A stretch of 64,000 nt of DNA from Sedimentisphaerales bacterium. Lineage in GTDB: Bacteria > Planctomycetota > Phycisphaerae > Sedimentisphaerales > SM23-30. The notes below the pieces were generated by a model. That model saw only the letters and a program-made list of their open reading frames with translations. It was not told the DNA's origin and made no database searches. The first letter of the stretch is position 1. The number at the start of each line of letters is the position of its first letter. Below are positions 1 through 10,065 of the stretch, piece after piece. Both the position numbers and the translations under genes were made by a program. The stretch lies in the NCBI GenBank assembly GCA_963662515.1, contig OY759675.1:773473-837472 (forward strand), in the 5' to 3' direction.

Positions 1-159
1 TCCCGTCAGGCTTACAATGATTCTGTTTTGTTCTTTAATAATAAGATCGAAATGTTCCCCAGTAATATAGTTGCCGGTATGTTCAACTTTAAGCAGGCCG
101 AAATGTTCGAGCTGGAAGAGCCTCAGGCCCGCATGGCCCCCAAAGTGAGCTTTAACTGA
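1..159 (+). CDS. LemA family protein, C-terminal fragment (start lies upstream of window)
   Basis: Frame 1 is open from base 1 to TGA at 157-159. It reads SRQAYNDSVLFFNNKIEMFPSNIVAGMFNFKQAEMFELEEPQARMAPKVSFN. The FPSNIVAGMF..F...E.F pattern is the conserved LemA C-terminus, and LemA genes commonly precede M48 protease genes as here. Confidence 0.7.
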   Translation, partial: SRQAYNDSVLFFNNKIEMFPSNIVAGMFNFKQAEMFELEEPQARMAPKVSFN

Positions 160-255
160 TAGTCTCTGGTTTTGGTTCTGGCTGTGCTAAAGCAGGTTGA
201 GCATCTCGAGGTGTATTTCGCCGGTGAGATATAACTGTGTTGAAAGAAAAGAGAT

Positions 256-1575
256 ATGTGGCAACTGATACAATTGAATAAACGCCGGTCGATAGTCCTG
301 CTGCTGATAATGGCCTTTATCATGCTCTTACTGGGCGGAATTATCGGTCAGGCAATCGGGACATTTTCCGCTAATTATCAGCCAGAGAAGATGACTGCCG
401 CAGTTGATCGCGGCGATCAGAACTGGCTGTTCAATGGCATGACAGATAATCTGCTGGAGAATCCCTGGTGGCTTTATGGTATGGCAGTTGCTTTTGCTCT
501 CTGGTTGATACAGGTGCTGGTGGCGTATTATGCCGGCGGTGATATTATGCTTTCGATCAGTGGAGCGATCGAGGTTGGGCCCAAAGATCACCAGGTATTG
601 TGCAATGTAGTGGAAGAAATGACCCTTGCCGCCGGGTTGAGTAAGCAGCCGCGTATATTCATTATCCCCGATGAGGCTCCGAATGCTTTTGCAACCGGCA
701 CAAAGCCGGAGAATTCAGCCGTTGCGGTAACTGCCGGACTGCTGGGACGGCTCAGGCGTGATGAATTGCAGGGAGTGATCGCTCATGAGATGTCGCATAT
801 ATTGAATCGTGACATAATGTTCATGACTATGGTGGGTATTATGCTTGGTACCATAGTCATGCTGTCAGATGTCTTTTTACGCAGTACTTTTTATGGCTCA
901 ATGCGCGGCAGTCGTTACAGCAGCCGCAATGACCGCAATAATGGCGGCGGGGCGGCGGTAATGCTTATAATTGCGATCCTGATGGCAATTATTGCTCCGC
1001 TGCTGGCCCAGTTGATCTACTTTGCCACCAGCCGCAAACGCGAGTATCTGGCCGATGCCTCTGCGGTGCGTCTTACTCGCAATCCCGAAGGGCTGGCCGA
1101 TGCCCTGGAGAAGATAGCCACTAACAGCCGGCCTATGCCTCATGCCAATCGTGTTACCGCACCGCTGTATATCAATAATCCTAATGCCTCTCGTTCTCTG
1201 GACAGCTTGACCAGCACTCATCCTCCCATCGCTAAGCGAATTGCGATACTGCGCAAGCTCGCCGGCACAGATGGCAGTTATCGCAGTTATGATAAGGCCT
1301 ATAGTTCCGTTAATGGCGGCAGTTGTGTGCCCGGTGCGGCCTTGGTCGATGATATGCCCGCGGCCCCGGTGGGTAATGTCGCTCGTTCAGCGGCAGCAGT
1401 CAGTGAGCCGATCGACAGGGTCAGTCAGCAAAGGCAGACAGGCGATCTTATCATGACCTTGAATGATTATAAGATATTGACCTGCACCTGCGGCCTGAAA
1501 TTAAAGATACCGCCTCGGTTCAGGCATAAAAAAGCTCAATGTCCTAAATGCGGTAAGGTTCATGTGCTGGCATAG
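256..1575 (+). CDS. M48-family (HtpX-like) zinc metalloprotease with extra C-terminal zinc-ribbon-like tail
   Basis: 439-aa ORF with an HExxH site in VIAHEMSHILNRD, a PNAFATG motif and several hydrophobic TM stretches. The C-terminal ~130 aa ends CTCG..(15)..CPKCG. Confidence 0.85.
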   Translation: MWQLIQLNKRRSIVLLLIMAFIMLLLGGIIGQAIGTFSANYQPEKMTAAVDRGDQNWLFNGMTDNLLENPWWLYGMAVAFALWLIQVLVAYYAGGDIMLSISGAIEVGPKDHQVLCNVVEEMTLAAGLSKQPRIFIIPDEAPNAFATGTKPENSAVAVTAGLLGRLRRDELQGVIAHEMSHILNRDIMFMTMVGIMLGTIVMLSDVFLRSTFYGSMRGSRYSSRNDRNNGGGAAVMLIIAILMAIIAPLLAQLIYFATSRKREYLADASAVRLTRNPEGLADALEKIATNSRPMPHANRVTAPLYINNPNASRSLDSLTSTHPPIAKRIAILRKLAGTDGSYRSYDKAYSSVNGGSCVPGAALVDDMPAAPVGNVARSAAAVSEPIDRVSQQRQTGDLIMTLNDYKILTCTCGLKLKIPPRFRHKKAQCPKCGKVHVLA

Positions 1576-1641
1576 AAAGCCAAAGCCTGTGTTGAAAAAG
1601 TGATCGGCAGCCAATGTGAAAGTGTGACAGTGTGAATGTAT

Positions 1642-3141
1642 TCAGCGGCTTATCTCGGCTCCGATGCTGATATTGCTGTTGGGGTCTATGGGGTTATTAA
1701 AGAAGTCGCGGGATCCAATCTTTTCGATCTTTTTCCCGGAATTGCGGGCCGGAGAATCTGGTCTGAGTTTATAGCCATCCAGAGTGTGCAGGCCGGTTGT
1801 GCCGCTGCCGGGCTTAAGGAAAAGCGGATCAGCGATTATTGCTGCTTTGTCTTGCGGCATATTTTCGTGCCTGCCGAAATAAAGATTATTGTCGAATATT
1901 GTATTGATGCCGCCTTCGAGCTGGTAAGAACACTGACCTTCGACAAAGAAAATATTATTGCTGAACTGAGTGTTTTGAGCATAGCCGTCCCAGTCGCCGT
2001 AGATCACCATGGGTACATTATGCTGCTTGTCGCGATAGATGATATTGTTATATATTCTGGTATTATTAACCGAGCTTCCGGAAATATGGAAGATACGGGA
2101 CGAGTCAATGCCATCGTTCTGACTGATATTGAAACGGACGACAGTATTAAGGCAGCCGATATTGGCATCTGATATCTTCGGGCCGCAGACCAGTAAGAAA
2201 CCGCCTTCATTGTCATGGCTGTAATTGTACTGAATGATAGTGTTCTGGCAGTTGTAATCGCTGTCGAATCCCTGACCGTCTTTAATGCCTTTGGTATTGC
2301 AGACCTCGTTAAACTGGATAATGGTATTATCGCAGGACCAGGGCCAGATGCCGGCGGCATAATCCTGGCATCTCATGCGGCAGCCGTTTACCAGGTTGTG
2401 TTCGACCAGGGCACCATCGCAGCCCCAGGGCTTAATGGCATCGCCGCCGCAATCTTCGATAACATTACCACGAATGATGACATTGGTGCTGGCAAACCAG
2501 TTATGTTTGCGGTTGATAAAGCTGCTCTGCATACAGATGCCATTGCGGTCGGTGCGGGTTAACTTGCAGTTTTCGATACGCAGGTCATTGAATCGCGACC
2601 TGATGTTTTTCGGGCCGCTTATATTCTGGGCCAATATGCCATGGCCTTCGGTTTCTTTTTCGAGACTGCCGTAAATGTCGCTTATGCTGACATTGTTTAT
2701 ATGAATATGTTCAGCTACCCCGAAATCGCGAAGTAATATTCTCAGGCCAACCTGATGTTTAACTCGTTCCGGTCCTTTATTAGTTATGGCAATATTAGAT
2801 ATTTCCCAATATTGAACATTCTGAAGCAGTATAGTTTCGTTAGCACCATTGCCATGAAAGATGGCTTTAGCTCCGCCGGCTTCAGTGAATAGTCTGATGG
2901 GTTGCTGCTCAGAACCCGAGTCTTTCAATTGTACTGTGCCGTGATATTCGGTGTCTGGTGCAATGTGAATGTTATCGCCGGGCTTAAAGGCTATCTGGTT
3001 AAGGGCGGCGACAGTCTTTAACGGCGAGAGCTTTTCTGTGCCGCTATTAGTATCGCTGCCAGATTCGGAGTTTAGATAATAATCAGCGGCTGATGTTATG
3101 GTACAGAGGGTCATGATGGCCGATGCAATGATTTGTTTCAT
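1642..3141 (-). CDS. secreted right-handed parallel beta-helix repeat protein (pectate-lyase-fold superfamily)
   Basis: 499-aa ORF with a signal-like N-terminus (MKQIIASAIMTLCTITSAADYY). It has repeated N/G/I-rich beta-helix turns such as IIRGNVIEDCGGDAIKPWGCDGALVEHNLVNGC and IIQFNEV..IIQYNYSHDNEGG. Confidence 0.6.
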   Translation of the reverse strand: MKQIIASAIMTLCTITSAADYYLNSESGSDTNSGTEKLSPLKTVAALNQIAFKPGDNIHIAPDTEYHGTVQLKDSGSEQQPIRLFTEAGGAKAIFHGNGANETILLQNVQYWEISNIAITNKGPERVKHQVGLRILLRDFGVAEHIHINNVSISDIYGSLEKETEGHGILAQNISGPKNIRSRFNDLRIENCKLTRTDRNGICMQSSFINRKHNWFASTNVIIRGNVIEDCGGDAIKPWGCDGALVEHNLVNGCRMRCQDYAAGIWPWSCDNTIIQFNEVCNTKGIKDGQGFDSDYNCQNTIIQYNYSHDNEGGFLLVCGPKISDANIGCLNTVVRFNISQNDGIDSSRIFHISGSSVNNTRIYNNIIYRDKQHNVPMVIYGDWDGYAQNTQFSNNIFFVEGQCSYQLEGGINTIFDNNLYFGRHENMPQDKAAIIADPLFLKPGSGTTGLHTLDGYKLRPDSPARNSGKKIEKIGSRDFFNNPIDPNSNISIGAEISR

Positions 3142-3190
3142 GAAATTACTCCGTCAGATAGCAGGCTGGACTGGTTATTATCTCTGGTAT

Positions 3191-4279
3191 TTACATTGCC
3201 ACTATCTGACATTTGCCAATGCTTTCGGGCAGGATATAAACAACTTTTCCGTCTCTGACCTTTTTGTCGTGCTTTATTGCCTCTTCTATTTGAGCTTGGC
3301 TGATCTCAGGGTGGTTCTCGAAATCGGCTTTGAGCGGCAGATTGAATCGCGTTAGCAGTTGGCTTATTCTTTGAGACTGTTCTTCGGTGAGTAAGCCGCG
3401 ATCAACAGCTAATTGGTTGGCATGAGCTATGCCGATAGCTACCGCTTCGCCATGATGATATTGATTTTCACCGTTAACTTTGAACAGTACCTCAACAGCG
3501 TGTCCGTAAGTGTGGCCATAGTTCAATATCTGGCGGAGATTGCCTTCTCTTTCGTCCTGAGATACGACAGAGGCCTTTACTTTTACATTTTCTGCGACCA
3601 GTTTTGTCATTGTCTCTGGTTTGCAGTTCAGAATGTTCTGGTAATTTTCTTCCATCCATTCAAAGAAGCTCAGGTTCTGGATCACGCCATGTTTAACCGA
3701 TTCTGCCAGGCCACAGGCCAGTTCCCGGGCGGGCAGGGTTTTTAAGGCGGCAACATCAGCCATGACAAAAGCCGGCTGATAGAAAGCACCGATCATGTTT
3801 TTGCCTCGCGGGTGATTTATGCCCGTCTTGCCACCGACACTGCTGTCAACCATAGCCAGCAGGCTGGTAGGCACCTGGACAAAGTTTGTTCCTCTTTTGA
3901 AGCTTGCTGCTGCATATCCGGCGAGATCGCCGATGACGCCGCCGCCCAGTGCAATTATAGTGTCAGAGCGTTCAATACCCAGGTCGAATAGTTCATCATA
4001 TATGCTAAAGAGAGTGTCTTTGCCTTTGGAGACTTCGCCGGGCTTTACTTCAATTACCCCTGCTTTGATCCCGGCATCATCCAGACTGTCCTTGGCTCTT
4101 TGGGCATAAAGTGTGCCTACATTGGAATCAGTTATCAATACGGCCTTTTTGCGACCCAGATGGAAGGCCAGTGTTTCGCCTAACGAGTTTAATATGTTGT
4201 CACCGATGTAGATAGGATAGCTACGCTCGCCAAGTTCTACCGGTACAATAGAGTTTTGTAATTGCTCGTAAATCTTCAT
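3191..4279 (-). CDS. aroB: 3-dehydroquinate synthase
   Basis: Contains GGGVIGDLAGYAAASFKRGTNFVQVPTSLLAMVDSSVGGKTGINHPRGKNMIGAFYQP and NYGHTYGHAVE, which are AroB signatures. I chose the ATG at 4279 (MKIYEQL), since the 26-codon upstream extension in the ORF track looks spurious. Confidence 0.9.
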   Translation of the reverse strand: MKIYEQLQNSIVPVELGERSYPIYIGDNILNSLGETLAFHLGRKKAVLITDSNVGTLYAQRAKDSLDDAGIKAGVIEVKPGEVSKGKDTLFSIYDELFDLGIERSDTIIALGGGVIGDLAGYAAASFKRGTNFVQVPTSLLAMVDSSVGGKTGINHPRGKNMIGAFYQPAFVMADVAALKTLPARELACGLAESVKHGVIQNLSFFEWMEENYQNILNCKPETMTKLVAENVKVKASVVSQDEREGNLRQILNYGHTYGHAVEVLFKVNGENQYHHGEAVAIGIAHANQLAVDRGLLTEEQSQRISQLLTRFNLPLKADFENHPEISQAQIEEAIKHDKKVRDGKVVYILPESIGKCQIVAM

Positions 4280-4425
4280 TTTCAGGTCTTTCCTGTATAT
4301 ATCTGCTATAAAAATGCTATTATCTCCTAATAATATCGTAAAAATAGCCCGAGGCAATGAATATTTGCCGTTTTGTTAGAATTAGTGAGGTATGATTGTG
4401 TCTGTATGGCACATATATTAGTATC

Positions 4426-4469
4426 AGAAAAACGAAAAAGCCCGTTAAGCAAAGCTTAGTCGGGCTTTT
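4426..4469 (-). terminator. putative rho-independent terminator of the MCP gene
   Basis: On the minus strand, AAAAGCCCG..CGGGCTTTTTCGTTTTT forms a stem followed by a T-run, about 30 nt after the MCP stop. Confidence 0.5.
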
Positions 4470-4496
4470 ATCGTGCATGGTGTGTTGTTTTAATCT

Positions 4497-5933
4497 CTAT
4501 TTATCAGTGCCAACCAGTTCAACGAGCTGGCTGACTACTTCATTCATTATTCTGGCCTGAGAGTCGATCTCATCGGCGGCATTAGCTGAATCTTCCACAT
4601 TGCAGGCATTAGTCTGTGTTACCTTGTCAATGGCAGAGACCGCCGAATTTAACTGTTGTATGCCTTCTGCCTGTTCGCTGTAAGCGATGCTGATCTCTTC
4701 TTCCAGTTTGGCAACAAATTCAATTGATTCGTTAATGGCCTCAAAGCTCTTGCCGACCTCTCCGACAATAGAAACGCCGCTCATGGCATTCTGGACTGAT
4801 TTTTCGATCAGTTGTGCGGTACTGCTGGCGGCCTGGGCCGACCTCATGGCCAGGTTACGAACTTCCTCGGCAACAACGGCAAATCCTTTGCCAGACTCTC
4901 CGGCACGAGCCGCTTCAACTGCGGCATTAAGAGCCAGCAGATTGGTCTGGAAGGCTATTTCGTTAATAGTTTTAACGATGGCCTGAGTTTCCTGTGAAGA
5001 GCGATTTATTTCCTGTATAGCCTGATTCATTCTGGTCATGGCCTCTATGCCGTTCTTAGATGAGTTACTGGCTTTGATAACATGTTTATTAGCTTCTTTA
5101 GTCTTGGCTACATTGCCTTCTGTCATGGTTGACATTTCTTCCAGTGAGGCAGAAGATTCTTCCAGGCCGGCAACCTGCTCATTTGTACCGTCCTTAATAA
5201 CAATGGCACTGGTCTTGATCTTGCCCGACATTTCGGTAAGCTGCTGACCAGCGGTACAAAGCTGGTTGATAACAGTATTGATAGGTCCTATAACAGATTT
5301 GCTGATGACAAACCAGGTTATTGCCAGGGCCACCAGGGCCAGACTGCCTGCTACTACAAGCAGGGTAATGTTCAGTTTGTTGGTATTGCTTGCTACCTGA
5401 GCCAGAGACGACTTAAGGTATCCGGCCATGTCAGTAGCCAGAGTTTCAAATTTGGCGAAATATTCATCTTTTTGTTTAGCAATTGACCCGGCCATTGACT
5501 CAGCCTGCTCGGTTGTCATGCCGGTGTTGGTGTCGCCAGCCATTGTGCCATATACTTTATTGGCTTTGGCAGTATAGTTCTTGTATTCTTCAACAAGCTT
5601 ATTGATCTCGATTATTTTGTCTTTACTTACGGCATTGTCGGTTACTATTGAGCCAAGAGCATTCTGTATGCTGTCGCTTTCGGCCTGAGCCAGTTTGATG
5701 TTTTCCACTTCGCCCAGCATTACTGCGTCCATGTATAACTTGGTCTGATTTTTGAAGGCGGCAAATGCCTGCTGGCTGTTTTGTGTGGCCGGGAATACTT
5801 TTTCGGCTATCTGGCTTAGCTTTTGACCATTCTGTGTGCCCAGAATATAACTGGCAAGAGAATTAGCCAGAATACCGACGAGCAAAATACCTACTACTGC
5901 CCATAGTTTTGCTTTAATGCCTATTTTTCTCAT
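4497..5933 (-). CDS. methyl-accepting chemotaxis protein
   Basis: 478 aa. It has an N-terminal TM segment, a ~170-aa periplasmic-like region and a second TM segment. The highly conserved MCP signalling hairpin is present ([39 protein letters not shown]). Confidence 0.9.
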   Translation of the reverse strand: MRKIGIKAKLWAVVGILLVGILANSLASYILGTQNGQKLSQIAEKVFPATQNSQQAFAAFKNQTKLYMDAVMLGEVENIKLAQAESDSIQNALGSIVTDNAVSKDKIIEINKLVEEYKNYTAKANKVYGTMAGDTNTGMTTEQAESMAGSIAKQKDEYFAKFETLATDMAGYLKSSLAQVASNTNKLNITLLVVAGSLALVALAITWFVISKSVIGPINTVINQLCTAGQQLTEMSGKIKTSAIVIKDGTNEQVAGLEESSASLEEMSTMTEGNVAKTKEANKHVIKASNSSKNGIEAMTRMNQAIQEINRSSQETQAIVKTINEIAFQTNLLALNAAVEAARAGESGKGFAVVAEEVRNLAMRSAQAASSTAQLIEKSVQNAMSGVSIVGEVGKSFEAINESIEFVAKLEEEISIAYSEQAEGIQQLNSAVSAIDKVTQTNACNVEDSANAADEIDSQARIMNEVVSQLVELVGTDK

Positions 5934-6284
5934 TTGTCATTCCTTGTAAAACTTAATGTCAAAGTTGTCTAACAGCCTTCTGAGCCATTTTGATATTCGG
6001 TTATATGTTATGCTAACTGAAGTTTAGTGTTTATTCTTTATTATATAAATGTGTTTTACAGTATTTGAGTAATGTCTTTGTCGTTTAATGTTTCTATGGA
6101 TAGGAACTTGTGTTCCAATTCTTTATTTAACAGGTTGTTGTTGATTTTTTGGTACTGTGCCTTTTAATATTTTTCTTGCAAATAAAGCAGAAATAGATTA
6201 AAAAGGGGAAGATGTTAGTTTGATAAAAAATCATAGTAAAAATATTTGTAATAGGTGTATCTGAGTGTAATTATAGGACTAATA

Positions 6285-7511
6285 ATGTCAGAATACGATT
6301 TCAGTATAATTCAGTTTTTACGACAGCGATACTTTATGAGTCGCCAGCAGTTGGCTGAGAAATGTGGTGTATCGCGTCAGACTATATCTAATATAGAGCA
6401 AGGGCGTTTTGTCCCGTCCTTGCCTGTTATAATGCAGATATGCAGTTCACTGGACCTTAAGTATGGTGAGCTGATAAGTTATTGTCGGCGTATGCCCACC
6501 AGGTTAATAGAGGGTGAGTCGGTGGTGCTGCCAGATAATGCAGGGCGGGCAGTCTTGTACTCTTTGTCAGATAAGTCGTTGGCATATATAGAGTTAAATG
6601 CTGATGTATCTTATGTTCTCAAGAAGTATCAGGTGCAATGTATATATGTTATAGAAGGTACTGTGTCAATTTCGTGCAGTTGTTGTGAAAATGAGGCAGT
6701 AGCCGGTGACATGGTGACCCTTGAGGGTGTGGGGTGTCGTGTTGAGGTGAAAAATGGACCGGCACGAATAGTGGCAATGAGTTTGCCGGGTACGAATAAG
6801 GCATCTCAGCTGATGTTTGCCAGTAAAAAGACAGGCGTTAATCGTTTCTTTACTTTTAATGAAACAACTGCCGGTAAAGGTAAAGAAGAGTTGAGAGAGT
6901 TTGATTTTTCTATAATACGAGACTTGCGTAAGGCAAGAGGGTTTATTCAGGATGATTTTCTCGCCAGGTGTTCACTGACCTCCCAGACTTTACAGGCGAT
7001 TGAAAGGAATGATCGTTGCCCGGGTTTGTCAACCCTTGATCTGATAGCTGAAGCTCTTGATGTTGATCTGGTAGATATGCTGGAACTGGCCCGGCGCGGC
7101 AGTTGTCAGGTTGGCCAGACTCGTATGACTACCTTTGGCGGCAAAGGCGGCGATCGGGGTAATGTTGATATGGCTTTGAGCCAGATGCGTTTTGATAAGT
7201 ATCGCATGGGGTATCTGAGTAATGGAACTGGTCAGGAGGTAGAGGTTCCTTCTGAAAATGTATATATAGCCCAGGAAGAATTTGTCTTTGTAATTAATGG
7301 CAAGCAGTCCGTGATGATTGGCGAGACGGAACATAAACTCAAGGCAGGTCAGGGTTTACTTTTTGATGGGCGGGGAGTGCATAGTTATAAAGTATCTCAG
7401 GGTAATGAGAGTTTTGCAATTTTTACGCTAAAGCAGGATGCCTTATATAATGGGCCGGTTGACCAGAAAAGCGGTGGTACACTATATAAATTTGGCGATG
7501 TTCTGGCGTAA
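6285..7511 (+). CDS. transcriptional regulator with two tandem XRE-HTH + cupin modules
   Basis: HTH 1 is RQRYFMSRQQLAEKCGVSRQTISNIEQGRFVPSLPVIMQICSSL. HTH 2 is RKARGFIQDDFLARCSLTSQTLQAIERNDRCPGLSTLDLIAEAL. Each is followed by a ~100-aa beta-rich cupin-like segment. The start may be GTG 6255 or ATG 6285. Confidence 0.7.
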   Translation: MSEYDFSIIQFLRQRYFMSRQQLAEKCGVSRQTISNIEQGRFVPSLPVIMQICSSLDLKYGELISYCRRMPTRLIEGESVVLPDNAGRAVLYSLSDKSLAYIELNADVSYVLKKYQVQCIYVIEGTVSISCSCCENEAVAGDMVTLEGVGCRVEVKNGPARIVAMSLPGTNKASQLMFASKKTGVNRFFTFNETTAGKGKEELREFDFSIIRDLRKARGFIQDDFLARCSLTSQTLQAIERNDRCPGLSTLDLIAEALDVDLVDMLELARRGSCQVGQTRMTTFGGKGGDRGNVDMALSQMRFDKYRMGYLSNGTGQEVEVPSENVYIAQEEFVFVINGKQSVMIGETEHKLKAGQGLLFDGRGVHSYKVSQGNESFAIFTLKQDALYNGPVDQKSGGTLYKFGDVLA

Positions 7512-7544
7512 GATATAAATTTGATATAATAAATCAGGTCCTAT

Positions 7545-7581
7545 AACGGCATATTTCGAGATGAATATGCCGTTTTTTTTT
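7545..7581 (+). terminator. rho-independent terminator
   Basis: AACGGCATATT-loop-AATATGCCGTT followed by T9. Confidence 0.7.
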
Positions 7582-7824
7582 ATCTTTAAAAAAATCGGTT
7601 TTCAGTATTGGAAACAGCTTTTATGGTCATTATTAAGGCTGATAATGGGTGGCAATATTGAGTTAACTTCAGCATTTTAACTCTCTTATGGTGAAATCGG
7701 GGAAATAGACAATAGAAAAAAAGTATCATTGTCGATTATCTAGGCACATGAGTTTATCTCAATATAAAAGTCAGTAATTAAACAGAAGTTAAAGTAGTAA
7801 CATAATTATTACAGGAGACATTTC

Positions 7825-8283
7825 ATGAAGTTATTAAGAGCGACAATGATGGTTCTGGCAGTGTTTGGTGTTATGTTGACACAGACGGCCAGTGCTCAGG
7901 AAGTGGCCGCATCAGACATAGTGCTGGTGGCCAATGCCGATGTGCCGGGTACGACGCTGGACGCAGCGACCGTAGAAAATATCTTTACCGGTAAGACCTC
8001 ATCGGTAGGTGATAAGAAAGTAGAGATCACCATATTAAAAGCCGGAGCTGTGCATGAGGCATTCTTAAAACATTATATTAAGAAGACCGACAGTCAGTTC
8101 ATCAACAGTTGGAAGAAACTGGTATTTTCCGGTAAGAGCAAGATGCCCAAAGACTTTGCCACAGAAAAAGAGATGGTAGAGTATATAGCCAAGACTTCCG
8201 GTGCTATCGGTTATGTGCATGTTAATACTTCCAAGGATGGCAGTATTATGACAGACAAGGTTAAGGCAATAACAATTAAATAA
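7825..8283 (+). CDS. small secreted protein, copy 1 (resembles short PstS/PBP-like_2 substrate-binding-domain proteins)
   Basis: 152 aa with signal peptide MKLLRATMMVLAVFGVMLTQTASAQE. Motifs ..IFTGK...W..LVFSGKSKMP......E.V.YIA.T.GAIGYV recall phosphate-binding-protein-like domains. The functional call is tentative. Confidence 0.75.
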   Translation: MKLLRATMMVLAVFGVMLTQTASAQEVAASDIVLVANADVPGTTLDAATVENIFTGKTSSVGDKKVEITILKAGAVHEAFLKHYIKKTDSQFINSWKKLVFSGKSKMPKDFATEKEMVEYIAKTSGAIGYVHVNTSKDGSIMTDKVKAITIK

Positions 8284-8307
8284 TGGGATATGGTGAGGAT
8301 ACAGACT

Positions 8308-9486
8308 ATGAATAGGTATATAACATTAATAGCTATTATTATTACAGTTTTATTTATGACTGTTCCGGCCTCAGCTCTTGAGCTGGATATGACAGAAATA
8401 GGCTTCCCGATCGATAAGATCGAGATGCACGGCTTCTTTTCACAGGGTTATATGAAAAGCACCAATAATGATCTGTATGGAGACAGTCGTGATGGAACAT
8501 TAGACCTGCGTGACTTTGGCGTTAACTTTTCCGGTAATCTTACAGATGATCTGAGATTAGCGGCACAGTTTACTGGCTATTCGCTGGGTGAGCAGGGTGG
8601 CGATAAGATCAATCTGCATTATGGTTATGCTGATTACAGGCTTGTCGATGCTCTTGGTTTTCGTCTTGGTCGTGTTCGTGTGCCATCTGGTCTTTATAAT
8701 GAGACTCGTGACATTGATATGGTTCGCACCCATGTTTTCATGCCCCAGAGTGTTTATCCGGAAGAATATCGTGATTATTATGCTTCGGCAGATGCTTTTG
8801 TAACTTATGGTGGTGTTGACATGGAATCACTGGGCTTTTTGTCCTATCAGGGTCATGTTGGCAGATTGATAAATGATGATGATCCGGTAAGTGATGTGCC
8901 GCTTAGTATGCGTGCGCAAGGGTTAGAGAACAATGTATTTACCGATGGTCATAGCGCCGGAGCCCAGTTATTGTGGGAAACACCGGTTCAGGGTCTGCGT
9001 ACAGGCTGGACCTGGCGTCGCATAGACAACAATATGAGTAGTGAGTTTACTATACCAGGCGTGGGTACATTCCCGGTCCATACTCCTATAAAGAATGTTT
9101 CATTGCAGGTATGGTCATTAGAGTATGTAATAGATCGTCTTACTCTGATGAGTGAGTATTCCTATGTTTCAATAGACAGTGTTCCAAATTTCACAGGCTG
9201 GTACGCCGGTGCTGATTATGCTCTGACTGATAAGTTTTCTATAGGTGGTAACTATAGTCGTTACTCTTTGGAGCGTGGTGCCAGACCTGGTATCAATCCG
9301 GAGGATATTTACGGTCATCAGAATACAGTATCTGTTTATGGTAAGTATGACATAACAGCCAACTGGCTTATAAAGGCTCAGGTAGATATGAATCGCGGTT
9401 TAGCCCGCTATCAGGGCTTTTCTCGCTCGGCAGATGATGAGCTGGAAAGCATGTTATTCTCAGTTAAGACCACCTGGTCATTCTGA
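8308..9486 (+). CDS. outer-membrane beta-barrel (porin-like) protein, paralog 1
   Basis: Signal-like N-terminus (MNRYITLIAIIITVLFMTVPASALE), an alternating-hydrophobicity strand pattern and the C-terminal beta-signal ..SVKTTWSF (terminal Phe). The RBS GGTGAGGA lies 8 nt upstream. Confidence 0.8.
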   Translation: MNRYITLIAIIITVLFMTVPASALELDMTEIGFPIDKIEMHGFFSQGYMKSTNNDLYGDSRDGTLDLRDFGVNFSGNLTDDLRLAAQFTGYSLGEQGGDKINLHYGYADYRLVDALGFRLGRVRVPSGLYNETRDIDMVRTHVFMPQSVYPEEYRDYYASADAFVTYGGVDMESLGFLSYQGHVGRLINDDDPVSDVPLSMRAQGLENNVFTDGHSAGAQLLWETPVQGLRTGWTWRRIDNNMSSEFTIPGVGTFPVHTPIKNVSLQVWSLEYVIDRLTLMSEYSYVSIDSVPNFTGWYAGADYALTDKFSIGGNYSRYSLERGARPGINPEDIYGHQNTVSVYGKYDITANWLIKAQVDMNRGLARYQGFSRSADDELESMLFSVKTTWSF

Positions 9487-9512
9487 TAAGTATCTTTAAG
9501 TCAAAAAGTTGT

Positions 9513-9544
9513 AGCCGCAGGGGAAAATTCTCTGCGGCTTTTTA
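9513..9544 (+). terminator. rho-independent terminator after barrel 1
   Basis: AGCCGCAG-loop-CTGCGGCT followed by TTTTT. Confidence 0.7.
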
Positions 9545-9583
9545 TCCGTAATACAATATTTCCTATGGTATGGAGATGAAAAA

Positions 9584-10042
9584 ATGAAATTACTAAGAGC
9601 GACATTGATGGTATTGGCAGTGTTTGGTGTTATGTTGACACAGACGGCCAGTGCTCAGGAAGTGGCCGCATCAGACATAGTGCTGGTGGCCAATGCCGAT
9701 GTGCCGGGTACGACGCTGGACGCAGCGACCGTAGAAAATATCTTTACCGGTAAGACCTCATCGGTAGGTGATAAGAAAGTAGAGATCACCATATTAAAAG
9801 CCGGAGCTGTGCATGAGGCATTCTTAAAACATTATATTAAGAAGACCGACAGTCAGTTCATCAACAGTTGGAAGAAACTGGTATTTTCCGGTAAGAGCAA
9901 GATGCCCAAAGACTTTGCCACAGAAAAAGAGATGGTAGAGTATATAGCCAAGACTTCCGGTGCTATCGGTTATGTGCATGTTAATACTTCCAAGGATGGC
10001 AGTATTATGACAGACAAGGTTAAGGCAATAACAATTAAATAA
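9584..10042 (+). CDS. small secreted PBP-like protein, copy 2
   Basis: Nucleotide-identical to copy 1 from about codon 13 to the stop. The protein differs only at residue 8 (M to L). Confidence 0.75.
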   Translation: MKLLRATLMVLAVFGVMLTQTASAQEVAASDIVLVANADVPGTTLDAATVENIFTGKTSSVGDKKVEITILKAGAVHEAFLKHYIKKTDSQFINSWKKLVFSGKSKMPKDFATEKEMVEYIAKTSGAIGYVHVNTSKDGSIMTDKVKAITIK

Positions 10043-10065
10043 TGGGATATGGTGAGGATATGATA

